Shown: piece by piece, positions 46,136 to 56,605 of the stretch
How the letters are laid out: each line of letters begins with the position of its first letter
How positions within the stretch are numbered: position 1 is the stretch's first letter
Assembly (NCBI GenBank): GCA_027923505.1
Contig: BROI01000022.1
Span: 310,001-374,000 of the forward strand
Direction: 5' to 3'
Source of the DNA: Mayamaea pseudoterrestris
Lineage: Eukaryota
Length of the DNA stretch: 64,000 nt
The notes under the pieces: model-generated
Told to the model about the DNA's origin: nothing
The model's input: only the letters and a program-made list of their open reading frames with translations
The model's database searches: none
Translations under genes and position numbers: made by a program

Positions 46136-47134
46136 ATGCCGTTTCATGGCAACAGCAACAAGCATTCACACCAGGATCCACCTCGCCTTCAACTTCTGCT
46201 TCAGTCGCCGGCAGCTGATATTTCAGTAAATTCTCCGAAGAAGCAATCATCAAGCAAGAGTGTAACCTCTAAGCATGCACAGGAGCAGCAGCAAAAACAA
46301 GCAGATGATTCCAATAACATTGACGGTTTGCAAAAGACTAAAAAGTCAGTTTCGTTTCCATCCAATCACGAACACTTGCACGTTATCGTATGTTTGATAG
46401 AAACACGCGAGGAACTTGATTTGGAAGACTTGTACTTTACCCGGACCGACTACCACTCGAGTCGAACGGCCGCCAAGCTCACGAGCCGCGAAGCCGAACG
46501 ATGCGGCTACAGCAAGAACCTGAATGAAACCTTTGACGCTCAAAAGTCGGCTGAAATACAAGACAAACTCAACCTTTGGTGCGTCCACGGACATTCGCGA
46601 CGCGGCCTTGAAAGGTGGGCCAACTCCAAGCATGGCGAGGAGCGACAAGCCGATCAGTTCCAAGCAACAATGGCAGTACTGCGGGCGCAGGATGATATGC
46701 TTTGCAGTGGCAAGCGGCGTGTTGACTTGGAAAAGCTCCGGCGAGTTAGTCACAAGGCTACTAAAACGAGTAGGCAATTTGCTCGAATGATGGGCAAGGC
46801 TGACTCCTATGCCATGGCGCAGCAGCTGCAGCAAGAGCAACTTGATGAAAGCGGTTGCAGCATTAGCGGTTTGGATGATGAGTCGGTAGCATCGCGGCGA
46901 GCGTCAGCGGAACATGCTACGGATGCATTGAATAAAAATGACGACGTCGTTTCGACGGCAAGTAGTTCAATCGTAGACATTATTAGTATGCCAGGAGGCG
47001 AGCTGAAAGATACAATGCATGGTAATGAAAGGACGATTGGAAGCAGCCAGCATGGTATGTCGCAACGATTTAAGCGTTTTGGGTTTGGACGCGGCAACAA
47101 GAAGGTTGAGGAGCGAGTGTCAAGGGTAGCCTGA
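46136..47134 (+). CDS. Hypothetical protein of a diatom-style family (KSVSF ... RGLE motif)
   Basis: 332-aa ATG ORF with KKSVSF, LYFTRTDY, RRGLERW and SRQFARMMG motifs. Confidence 0.8.
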   Translation: MPFHGNSNKHSHQDPPRLQLLLQSPAADISVNSPKKQSSSKSVTSKHAQEQQQKQADDSNNIDGLQKTKKSVSFPSNHEHLHVIVCLIETREELDLEDLYFTRTDYHSSRTAAKLTSREAERCGYSKNLNETFDAQKSAEIQDKLNLWCVHGHSRRGLERWANSKHGEERQADQFQATMAVLRAQDDMLCSGKRRVDLEKLRRVSHKATKTSRQFARMMGKADSYAMAQQLQQEQLDESGCSISGLDDESVASRRASAEHATDALNKNDDVVSTASSSIVDIISMPGGELKDTMHGNERTIGSSQHGMSQRFKRFGFGRGNKKVEERVSRVA

Positions 47135-47299
47135 ATTTGTGCGTTTAATCTCATTATAATTAATGCACTATAATTTAACCTACGATCGCAATTCATAGTC
47201 AAAGGATGTGGCGATCCCTCGTGAACACTTTTGCATATACAAGGGGAGAGTACTTGATAAAGCAACATGATACATATGCAGTGCTCAACTTGCTCCGAT

Positions 47300-48587
47300 G
47301 CTTGGCGGACTCTCGTGTGCTATCATCTTAGTTCTCCTGACTTGCAGATACATCTCAAGTTGCAGAGGGTTGTGTGCTGGCTTCGTTGATGTTGTTGGTA
47401 CTATTGCTCGAGCTGCCCCTTATCTTGATACCGTCACCTACGCATGCTTCCATTACAATGTTTTCCCAACATCCGGCGCACGCTTCTTCGTTCTGTAAAC
47501 CTTTGGTTGCCTTGAGACCAACTCCTGCTAACTGCCCACCCAAAGATAACGGAGTGTCACCGACAAGGCAGTCTCCTATGCGAGAAAAAGGGAAGCTGTC
47601 GAATTTTCTGTGGTTTCCGTCGATGTACTTGTACCAATCTCATACGTTTGAATAGCTTCGGATGTACCAGTATCATCAGGTGCATCGATGGGTGCGGCAA
47701 AGATGCCTGCATCGTCATGTTCAGTGTCGGGATCTTTCGAATTGGTGAGGCGAACATCAGCTGTGCAACTACCGGTAGACTCTGTCGCATCTTCTGAACC
47801 TTCCGGCGAGATCTCAGAATCGGCAAACTTCAATTTTCGTATCAGTGCTGTCAACCATCGAGACACCTTCTGGACGCTGCTAAATTGTTCCCATCTCTCC
47901 CAGCGGTTGCTATCGCTGCCGCTGCCTACAATCTTGTCAACTTGATCAACTAAATCCTTGGCATCTACACGCAGCTTGAGACTTTGGATGACATCGACAG
48001 TAGAGTTGCGCTCGTTGGGAAAGAAGACGTGTCCTTCCAGCCGATTCATTACCCGCTCAAAGTGTGACCGGGAAAGGTTGACAAGTGCTGTTGACAGCGC
48101 TTCTGCGGGCGAGAAACGCAAGAGGGAACTAAAGTAAGTAAAGAACGTATCGCCATTGCTTGGCAAACAAAAAGGAAAAATGGTAACTACGATCCGCAGC
48201 AGCAGCAAGTTATAGGACGCCTGTCACAAACAAAGCGGCGCCGGATGCAACTGTCACCCAGCAGAAACAGTAAACTTACCTTTTGATTCCTCCACTTGCT
48301 CCGTCGGCGTCTCCATGGTTAATCAATAAAAATGTTTGTGAGATGTCGATTGCACATTCGCGGTAAAATGGGTGCAGCTATTGCCGCGCACTGCAAATGA
48401 ATGTCATCTCTATGACGAAGAAAAATGCTCGCTAAAAGCTGGGTCCCGGATGCGAATGCAAAACTCACCCTGTTCGAGGTTTTCACTGTCATCTCGTCCT
48501 CCTCTATTGGAGTATTATTATATGCTTTGTTTTCTTTATCATCATCCGAAACTGGATGGTTGCTCGTGATCGATTTAGTCATCATTA
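47300..48587 (-). CDS. Hypothetical multi-exon protein (boundaries approximate)
   Basis: Protein-like segments MMTKSITSNHPV..., METPTEQVEESK and the 47576-48208 ORF; GT donors near 48467 and 48279. Confidence 0.5.
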
Positions 48588-48968
48588 TTGGAGAGTACTG
48601 CAGGCATACTAGGGATACTGTCGAACAGTCTCTTTTGCAGCACGGAGAAGCTGGCCCCTCACTCTTATTTTTGGAGCCATGGCGCGCGCCTCGTAATCGC
48701 GGCGAGCGAGCGAGCCGTATAGTGTGTATTTGAATTGTCGCATCGAAGATGGCAGGCGGTGGACTGTTTGATGCAATGTCATTTGAACGTAAAATGTGAC
48801 TTGACAAGATACATACGGTACAGTTCAAAAGAAGAAGCGATTTTGTGTACACCTTTATGATACAACACCGGTAAGCAAACTGATGATAGACGAGCAACGC
48901 ATTCGCACAGTAGCTACCAGATGTAGTAAACTTTCAAAGCAAGCATAGTTGTTACTTTCACATACTGT

Positions 48969-49760
48969 TCACAGTCCCTCGAAACAAGCGACAACTTCCT
49001 GATACACTTGCTCCACCGGTTTATCAGTGGCCACGCTCTTGAGCTTTCCCATGCGCTTGTACTCCTGAATAATAGGAGCAGTGTCCTTTGTGTGCGACTC
49101 GAACCGTCGAGCAATTACTTGAGGAGTATCGTCCACACGTCCCGATGAGCCTTCCTTAGCTCGTTCCAGCAGTCTTCCGACCAACACTTCTTGAGGACAC
49201 TCAAAGTCCAAACAAAAGACAACATCATGCTTCGATGCCGTCGGCGAGTTGTTCCAGGCCTGCAGATTCTCAAGCGAGCGAGGAAATCCATCAATCAAAA
49301 AATTGGTGTTTCCTGTGCTTTCATAGGCTCGCAGCATTCCAGCTTCAATCAGCTGACATGTAACATGTGATGGAACAAGTTTCCCTGCTGCCATGCATGC
49401 TTGAATCGTTTCTCGGAGTGCACTCGTTGTGCTTGGGTCAGTATTGTTGCGTTCGGCCCGGAGCAAGTCGCCAGCCGAAAGGTGAGACCAACCGCCAAGA
49501 CGCTCCACTAATAGTTGACACTGCGTGCCCTTGCCGGAACCAGGAGCTCCCAAGACAAAGACAACTTTACAATTAGGAGGAAGATTGTTATTCGTCGTTG
49601 TTGTTGGACTACTCTTGGTGGTGCTGCTGGTTGATGACGAGCATTCCGACGACGACCGCTGCTTTCGTAGCGTCACAGCCAAGGCAGTCGCTACAAAGAG
49701 GGCAACGGAAAATGGACAAAGACCAAAGGTAGACGGCGAGTAACGATGAGGAGAAGACAT
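48969..49760 (-). CDS. UMP-CMP kinase (adenylate kinase family) with N-terminal hydrophobic anchor
   Basis: P-loop FVLGAPGSGKGTQC, HLSAGDLLRAE, FLIDGFPRS, GRVDD. Confidence 0.93.
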   Translation of the reverse strand: MSSPHRYSPSTFGLCPFSVALFVATALAVTLRKQRSSSECSSSTSSTTKSSPTTTTNNNLPPNCKVVFVLGAPGSGKGTQCQLLVERLGGWSHLSAGDLLRAERNNTDPSTTSALRETIQACMAAGKLVPSHVTCQLIEAGMLRAYESTGNTNFLIDGFPRSLENLQAWNNSPTASKHDVVFCLDFECPQEVLVGRLLERAKEGSSGRVDDTPQVIARRFESHTKDTAPIIQEYKRMGKLKSVATDKPVEQVYQEVVACFEGL

Positions 49761-49928
49761 GATGCAAGCAATCGAGTCGTTATGCTCTCTGCTCTAGATA
49801 TTCGATTGTGGTCCAATCGAATTGTGCGCGCTTCGTCAGCGCGCGACCCGTGTCGCACCGGTGAAATGGCGCGCCATGTTGTGAGGACCGCAACAAGACG
49901 CAAACGACCAACATTCCGACCTCCGACC

Positions 49929-50699
49929 ATGAACTTAACTGCATGTCGGATTCTGTTCAGCAAGCGACAAAACTATTTTCCATTGATCAAATGTTTCACT
50001 ACGGCTTCTATACCTGATGGGGCATTTGCTAGGCTGCAACGAGGATTTGATCACGCCATTCGAAACACTTCCGACGGAAGCTTTCCCTTGCTCACGCCAA
50101 AGCAAACAGAAATTTATACAAACAAATACGACTGGAACTATTCTACTGAACGGGAAGCATCAGTATTGGTGTTACTGTGTTGTGTGGAAGGCTCCATATC
50201 AATTCTCTTTACGAAGCGTGCCGCTCATTTAAACTTGCATGCATCCGAAATATCCTTTCCAGGTGGGCATTATCAGCCCAACGAGGACGATTCATTGCAG
50301 CATACGGCACTTCGAGAAGCAAGGGAAGAACTATGTGCAAGACCAGATGGACTTGTGGCAACCGAAAATATTACAATCTTTGGTCAGGCCAGTCGAATAC
50401 CGTCCTTGAAAGGCACTCCCGTCACGCCTATTCTCGCATGCTTACCAAACGTGAATCTAATGCATCCACTATCCAGTACATTCCCCGGCGATCCATCCGA
50501 GGTTGAATTGGTCTTTGCAGTGTCAGTTCTCGAGTTGCTGCAGAGTGAAACGTCGGAAGCCTTGCCGGAGAATCGCTTTGGCATGACGCTCGCACCCGTC
50601 TTTCCGTCGGAGCACGGCAAGATTTGGGGGCTGACGGCGCTCATTCTAAGGCCACTTTTGCATCGATGGCTACGTCCAATACTATTTCCGCAGAAATGA
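49929..50699 (+). CDS. Nudix hydrolase, CoA pyrophosphatase type (NUDT7/NUDT8-like)
   Basis: ILFTKRAAHLNLHASEISFPGG, Nudix box ALREAREEL, IWGLTA. Confidence 0.9.
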   Translation: MNLTACRILFSKRQNYFPLIKCFTTASIPDGAFARLQRGFDHAIRNTSDGSFPLLTPKQTEIYTNKYDWNYSTEREASVLVLLCCVEGSISILFTKRAAHLNLHASEISFPGGHYQPNEDDSLQHTALREAREELCARPDGLVATENITIFGQASRIPSLKGTPVTPILACLPNVNLMHPLSSTFPGDPSEVELVFAVSVLELLQSETSEALPENRFGMTLAPVFPSEHGKIWGLTALILRPLLHRWLRPILFPQK

Positions 50700-50860
50700 A
50701 TATTGCAATTGTGATGCAATGTTGCTGCTCGAGTCACGATACGTATGGACCATCAAGCTATGAAGGTCGTTGATCACGCTGAGTCTTGCGGTTTGACCTC
50801 GACAACTCATAGTCGCCAACAATTGTGAAAGATAGCAGCAACTGTATTAAAATGTCTAAG

Positions 50861-51913
50861 TTAAAGTATAATACATCGATCAATTCCGGAAGAATTTATG
50901 TCCGAGCCACAAACAAGCAAGCCACCGTCGCACATGATACCCGGCCTAGATGGTGCAATATTAGAGTCTTTATCCGTCACAGCATCATCTTCCTTCTTCT
51001 CATCAGCATGATGCGTACTGTTGCTGGGACTGATACTGCTTGATGTTGCATTTGCATTGCTTAGCAGCGCACCGTCACTCACGCCTCGTTGATTCAATCT
51101 TGGTCGGCCAGAACCACCTGCGGTACCCGAGTTGTTGGCTGGTGGACTGAGCGAGCGCATGCGACGAGGCGACCTTGGTAATTGCATATTCGCTCCCATG
51201 GTCACTGCAATTTGCTTTACGCGGCTTCCAGCAGCGGCATCCTGCTGTTGCCTTTGCAAAACTTGCTCTGCCGTTTGATAAAAGACACCAGATACATTTC
51301 TATCAGTTTTTGCCGATGTAGACACATGCAACGCACCATAATCCAAAGCCAACTGCTTGGCGTCCTCCTCCAATCCAGGAATAGCTGCCAGATCCGTTTT
51401 GCAGGCAGCGACGCATACAATATACGACTGAGAGCCCATATTTTGTTGCACTTGTGTCAGCCAATGTTGAAGTCGCTCCAATGAATCTGCTTTTGTAACA
51501 TCATAACATATAATTACAGCAGCCGCTTGCTTGTAGTAAGTGACTGCTAATTTCTGAAATGGCTCCTGCCCTGCCGTATCCCAAAGCAACAGTTTGCAAA
51601 TCATCGTGTCAATGGTGAGCCGCTTGGTGAGGAAAAAGGCTCCAATGGTTGCGGATCGGCCATCGCGGTAAAAACCTTCCACGAAACGAAGAACCAAGGA
51701 GGTTTTGCCAGAATTCGAATCGCCAAGTAAAGCAATCTGAATAAAGGTATATAGTGAGACATTCATTAATGATGAGAGACAACTATGACTGCCTCTGTCG
51801 ATGAATTAGCAACTACCGGTAGTTGTGCGCAACCTTCGCGTTGCAAGCGCCTCATGCGCTCCTCTCAAGAACCATACCTTGAACTCTGCTTGCGGTAGTT
51901 CTACGTGCGGCAT
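50861..51913 (-). CDS. Rab family small GTPase (Rab5/Rab21-like); exons 51913-51878 and 51737-50861
   Basis: GDSNSGKTS, ATIGAFF, WDTAGQE, CKTDL, TSAK; C-terminal CIIL prenylation motif; exon 1 MPHVELPQAEFK joined by a GT-AG intron. Confidence 0.9.
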
Positions 51914-52228
51914 TGCTTTGTAAACAGGTAAGTTGTAAGGTACTGTGCCGATGATGCGTCTTGACCTCTTGGATGCTTGGATGCCGTCGTGGATTCGGCG
52001 AGACGCGTTTCCGTTCACTCACCGATTGTGTGCCGAGCGAGCACGCCGGCCTACTTACGTCCGTCGTCTGTACAACATCCGAGAGTGTCGTAGCGTGACA
52101 AACCTCGACCGCGCCACATGGAAGGCGAACGAAGCTAGCCGAACAAGTCCATCTGCGAGACTGCGAGAGTGACCTTCACAATCACAAGCAGACCCTCAGA
52201 CCCTCATACAATACATTAATCGAATTCA

Positions 52229-52771
52229 ATGCCAGTGATTCCTGTTCAAAGCGGCCAAGACTGGGCTCCCGTTAATGCCGGCAACAGCGGCGCTTCCCAT
52301 GCTATCAAAGTGCCAGTCGGCGGCCAGCAGCTCCGCATCGCCAAGGCGGCTGGCTTGGTGAGCACGGAGAAGCGGATCGGAGCTGGCGGAAACAAGAGTG
52401 CTCATTCTGGCGCTGGTATGAGTGCACGTAAAATTGAGGAAGCCACCGAGGTTGGAACATTGGCGCGTGTCGACAAGGACTTGGCCAAGGCAATCATGCA
52501 GGCTCGAACAGCGAAGAAAATGACTCAAAAGGATTTAGCTACGGCTATCAATGAAAAGCCTCAAGTTGTTGGAGAATATGAATCCGGCAAGGCCATTCCA
52601 AATCCAGCCATTATCAGTAAATTGGAGCGAAAGTTGGGAGTAAAATTGCCAAGACCTGGAAAGACAAAGGTGCCAGCGTCGAGTGGTGGTGCTGGTGGAG
52701 CAAATGCTCCAACTGCAGCGGCCAGCAAGGCGGCGGCTGTAACACGAGGTGGACCTCCCAAGCGGCGGTAA
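52229..52771 (+). CDS. MBF1: Multiprotein bridging factor 1 (transcriptional coactivator)
   Basis: QDWAPV N-terminus; HTH segment AIMQARTAKKMTQKDLATAINEKPQVVGEYESGKAIPN. Confidence 0.95.
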   Translation: MPVIPVQSGQDWAPVNAGNSGASHAIKVPVGGQQLRIAKAAGLVSTEKRIGAGGNKSAHSGAGMSARKIEEATEVGTLARVDKDLAKAIMQARTAKKMTQKDLATAINEKPQVVGEYESGKAIPNPAIISKLERKLGVKLPRPGKTKVPASSGGAGGANAPTAAASKAAAVTRGGPPKRR

Positions 52772-53717
52772 ATGCAATTTGCTATGGTAGTAGGTCGCTT
52801 GTTTCCATGTGGTTGCGAGTGGAGAGTGGAGACTATCAACCCGTTGACGTGGAGCTTTTCCTTTTTCAATAAGCGTTAATGAGACGATCGATTATGCGAC
52901 TACTAGATTAAGCCTTTTATATCATGCATTATAAACTAATGACGATGCAGTACTGTTGCTGAAGATGTCGCTCATGGCGTCGTATCCGAATATTGTTCCA
53001 CGACTTAGTAAGACATGGACAGTCGCGAGGGTGCGCTCCCATAAAAAAGTCACCATAAGGTCCTGTCTTTCACTTTGTCCCATAATTTTTATGTCCACGC
53101 CATGGTGTGTCATATTTACGTCTGTTGCAACATCATATATGACCCATTTAATGACGACGAATAAATGCGCTAAATATATGGCATTGCATTCCTCTTCTTG
53201 ACCGCATTGGCGACGACATTGGTAGTAGGACGAAACTGCCTTCGCAGTCAGTTTCGAGTTGCCATTTTTGACAGCCTGCCAGAAAATGCCATAATGGAAG
53301 AAGAGGAAGTTAAAGTGTCGGATCGGCATGACCGCCAATGCAGAGGATCGCTAGCAGTGCAAGTGTTGTATAATTGCTACGGCCCAAATTGCTTGTGTTG
53401 TATCGTCTTGCATATTCTCGTGCTATGGTTTCGCTTGATTTTGGCTTTATACGTCCAAACTGATGTCCAAGGCACAGGTAGGAACAGCACCGGTAGATGT
53501 TGTTGCTAATCTGATCGCCGATTTTGCGGGACATACAGCGCAAAACCAGTGAGACGTTTGTGACGTCATAATAGCGCTGCCGCGCCGCGCGGAGCCATCC
53601 TTTCGTTCCAATTCATTATTCCAAATCCGGACATTCTTCTTGCTCGCCCACCTCTTACTTGTACATACTTCACTGTAACATGCCCACCTAAGGTTTTTCA
53701 AAAGGGGACGGATCGAC

Positions 53718-55523
53718 ATGTCGGCAGTCTTGGAGCGCGAGCGCCGCGCGACGGCGGGCAAACGTATGACGAGTCTGGTTGGTGAAGCACAGCAGCAGGA
53801 CGACGAGTTTTGGGGGCACGATACGTGGCAGGAAGACTCGGAAAGCTACCATAGTAGTTCCGAGGAAGAAGAAAAGGATGAGTTTGATTCTGATTTTGAT
53901 GAAAGTGAAAGCGACAACGATGAAGAAGAGTTGGAACAAGGCGCTAGTGAGGAACGGCAGCTGCAGTTGGAGATTAAGAACCAAAAAAAGCGATCATCGG
54001 CGTACGTCGAGACGGCTCGAGCATTGCACAAGCCGAAAAAGAAACTAAAAGGCAAGCAACTGGTAACTGGAGATGGTTTGAATGCTGGTATAGTCTTAAA
54101 CTTACCAAGTACGGCAGCTCCGCTACCACCACTTCCGGCGCAGCACACAGCATTGCAGGTTCCTTCAGCTTCAGTATCGCTGGCCAAGACTCCAGTCGTG
54201 TTGCCATCACCTGCGCAATCTTTTGGAGTTAAGAAAAATTCAGCTGTTAAAAGCTCTTCGACGGCTATGGCTACTCGGGAACGTCGGGCCACTGCATCGC
54301 GCAGCAAGACTGCTTTAGTAAAGCAGTCGTTAGTCACAGCTGACGAAATAACAAGCGATGGTAAAACAGCGACTGCCAAGGATGACATTATTGATGCGGC
54401 TCATGTTGCAAAGAAACGAAAAGCGTCACAAACTCATCGATTTACGCAGGAGGAACTGCTATTGGAGGCTGCCAATGTGACGGAATCGGAGAATGCCAGA
54501 TGGCTGCTCGCTCGCAAGCGCCATCAGGAGGACATGCAGGAATTTCACAAAGAACAGGCTGCTGCTAGCTCTCGACTTGGATCATCTCAAATCGTTTCGA
54601 GTTACTTATCTAAACGAGGACAACTGAACGTCGTGAAATTTTTTGATATGGGCAGTGTCCCGGATATTTTTAAGAGCCAATTGCTTCCAGTTGCACCTGA
54701 AGTGCACTTATGCGCTATAACTGGCAAACCTGCCAGATATAAAGATCCAAAGACTATGCTCTACTATTCTGATGTTGACGCTTTCAAAGAGCTCAGAAGG
54801 AAGATGGAGGCGGGCGAAATTCCAGTACATCGACTGAAGTCTGTTCCAACACAAGAATCAGCGTCGAGACAGTCCACTGACGATAAATTAGAGGCTACTC
54901 CTACAGTTCCCATGAATGGGTCTAATGCGGTAGGTGTTCGTCTACTGAAAGCAAAGAAAGATGCTTCTAGAATTGGTGGGGAGCAAAAACCATTGCGAAA
55001 GAAGAAAGCAAAGATTGCTGCATCGAGCGACGGCCTCTTAGCAACCTTTGATCCAAATGTTACAAAAGGCTTGAATAGTGCGTCTTTGCTCAAGCCTGCA
55101 TCTTCGTCATTTAAGGAGGCTAGTTTGTCAGTCCCGAGTGGCAAGACGCAGGCTACTGTTTGTCCAACTCTTGAGCCTATTCTTTTGGTTCAGTCTATCT
55201 CGCATAATGGCTCGCATAACGCAATCATGGATACAGACACTCATCAGACAGTACATTTTTCAGCCACGTCTGCGGTCGTCGGTACGCCATTGTCGCCCTC
55301 GTCTGAGCAATCTTTACATCATCTTGACAATGCAGCAGATTTGGCTTTGGCCGACTCTCAACGTTCCGTCGCGTCAAATTCTTCCTCCGGCTCGCGTCGG
55401 GCATCTCCACGTCGACGAAAGCCAAGCAACAAGATATTGCAGAACATTGAGGATACTGGTGCAACTGGCATTCCGTTTTTGGCTGATGCCGATGCCTCGT
55501 CCAACGGAGATGGTGGAGTTTGA
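53718..55523 (+). CDS. VPS72: YL1/Vps72 (SWR1 complex H2A.Z chaperone subunit)
   Basis: RRATAGKRM N-terminus, acidic DEFDSDF, TQEELLLEA..TE.EN, YL1-C motif CAITGKPARYKDPKT. Confidence 0.9.
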   Translation: MSAVLERERRATAGKRMTSLVGEAQQQDDEFWGHDTWQEDSESYHSSSEEEEKDEFDSDFDESESDNDEEELEQGASEERQLQLEIKNQKKRSSAYVETARALHKPKKKLKGKQLVTGDGLNAGIVLNLPSTAAPLPPLPAQHTALQVPSASVSLAKTPVVLPSPAQSFGVKKNSAVKSSSTAMATRERRATASRSKTALVKQSLVTADEITSDGKTATAKDDIIDAAHVAKKRKASQTHRFTQEELLLEAANVTESENARWLLARKRHQEDMQEFHKEQAAASSRLGSSQIVSSYLSKRGQLNVVKFFDMGSVPDIFKSQLLPVAPEVHLCAITGKPARYKDPKTMLYYSDVDAFKELRRKMEAGEIPVHRLKSVPTQESASRQSTDDKLEATPTVPMNGSNAVGVRLLKAKKDASRIGGEQKPLRKKKAKIAASSDGLLATFDPNVTKGLNSASLLKPASSSFKEASLSVPSGKTQATVCPTLEPILLVQSISHNGSHNAIMDTDTHQTVHFSATSAVVGTPLSPSSEQSLHHLDNAADLALADSQRSVASNSSSGSRRASPRRRKPSNKILQNIEDTGATGIPFLADADASSNGDGGV

Positions 55524-55624
55524 ACGCCAAAGGCAACTAATTTACGTCGCTACAGCTACGATACAGTACAAAATAAAACATAGAAATGTATTTCATTTAT
55601 CTCAAGTTCATCATCATCAAATTA

Positions 55625-56344
55625 TTATGCTACTGCTGGGTTAATGTCCTCCTCGGTGACAGTCCAACTCTTTCCATCCTTGTCGACGAATAGTTTGCCT
55701 CTTGCCACGGACTTTTTGGCGCCCGACCAGTCGTCAAGCGCTGGCTGCTCGCTTGGAATGCCAATCACAGTCGCCGTCACAATGTCTTCCGGAAAGTCGT
55801 CGTGACTCACGCTAGAGAATGTAACCTTGGCCTTGGTTTTGACATCCAGCGTCAAAACCATGTGCTCGGCTGCCTTGAGCACTTCATTCAATATCAAGTT
55901 GCCGCCCAAAAAGTTAATTTGAATCTGTTCATAGTCCATGGCGCTTCCTGCACTGTTCAGTGCATCCTTGACTGCCTCCATTGGGCCGTAGTAAATGGCT
56001 TTCTGCAATGTTTCTCCAGGATCGACATAATTTTCTTTGCCAAATCCTTTCGCGATTATCTTGACGTCTCCGACATCTGAAACTGGAGTCACTTTAAAGT
56101 ACCTAGTCAAACTTTTCAATGATGCTTGCGCTTCGCCAGGCTTGTGCTTCACTGTCCCAGACAGCTCCAAGTAGCTTGAATGTGCGAGCAAAACGCCTCC
56201 TTCCAGTGGATCGACGACAAAGTCCGTTTCTTCTGCCCGAATGATCTCGTAGATTGCAGTGGATCGCCGAGACCGGCTGGAAATTATAGAGAATGCATCG
56301 CCCGATTGAAGCGCTAGTAGCAACAAGAGAGTAAGGAGCAACAT
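55625..56344 (-). CDS. Hypothetical protein with bipartite plastid-targeting-like presequence
   Basis: Signal peptide ending GDA-FS, then an S/R-rich transit-like stretch; 239-aa ORF. Confidence 0.75.
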   Translation of the reverse strand: MLLLTLLLLLALQSGDAFSIISSRSRRSTAIYEIIRAEETDFVVDPLEGGVLLAHSSYLELSGTVKHKPGEAQASLKSLTRYFKVTPVSDVGDVKIIAKGFGKENYVDPGETLQKAIYYGPMEAVKDALNSAGSAMDYEQIQINFLGGNLILNEVLKAAEHMVLTLDVKTKAKVTFSSVSHDDFPEDIVTATVIGIPSEQPALDDWSGAKKSVARGKLFVDKDGKSWTVTEEDINPAVA

Positions 56345-56605
56345 GGCGGTGTGGAAGAAAAGGAGTGATGTTTCGTGTTGATGAAAGCAACGCGCGTTTT
56401 GTGGTCGTCATCTCATCGGCACGTCAAAAAACGTCGCACCGGTAATGACACGATTCCGGCGCGAACGCGCGATGATCGAAATTGGCGAGAAGCAGCAACG
56501 GTCGTTTCGCAAAAGTTTGAGACAGCAGAGGGAGAGTTTCAGCCTAGCCAAGACTATTGCAGCATACATTGCGACTAAATCATTGGAGAGACGCCTGTCG
56601 CAGTC

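Noticed and set aside
52922..53543. ORFs between MBF1 and VPS72
   Set aside because: Short overlapping frames on both strands without motifs; a small spliced gene cannot be excluded but is unsupported.
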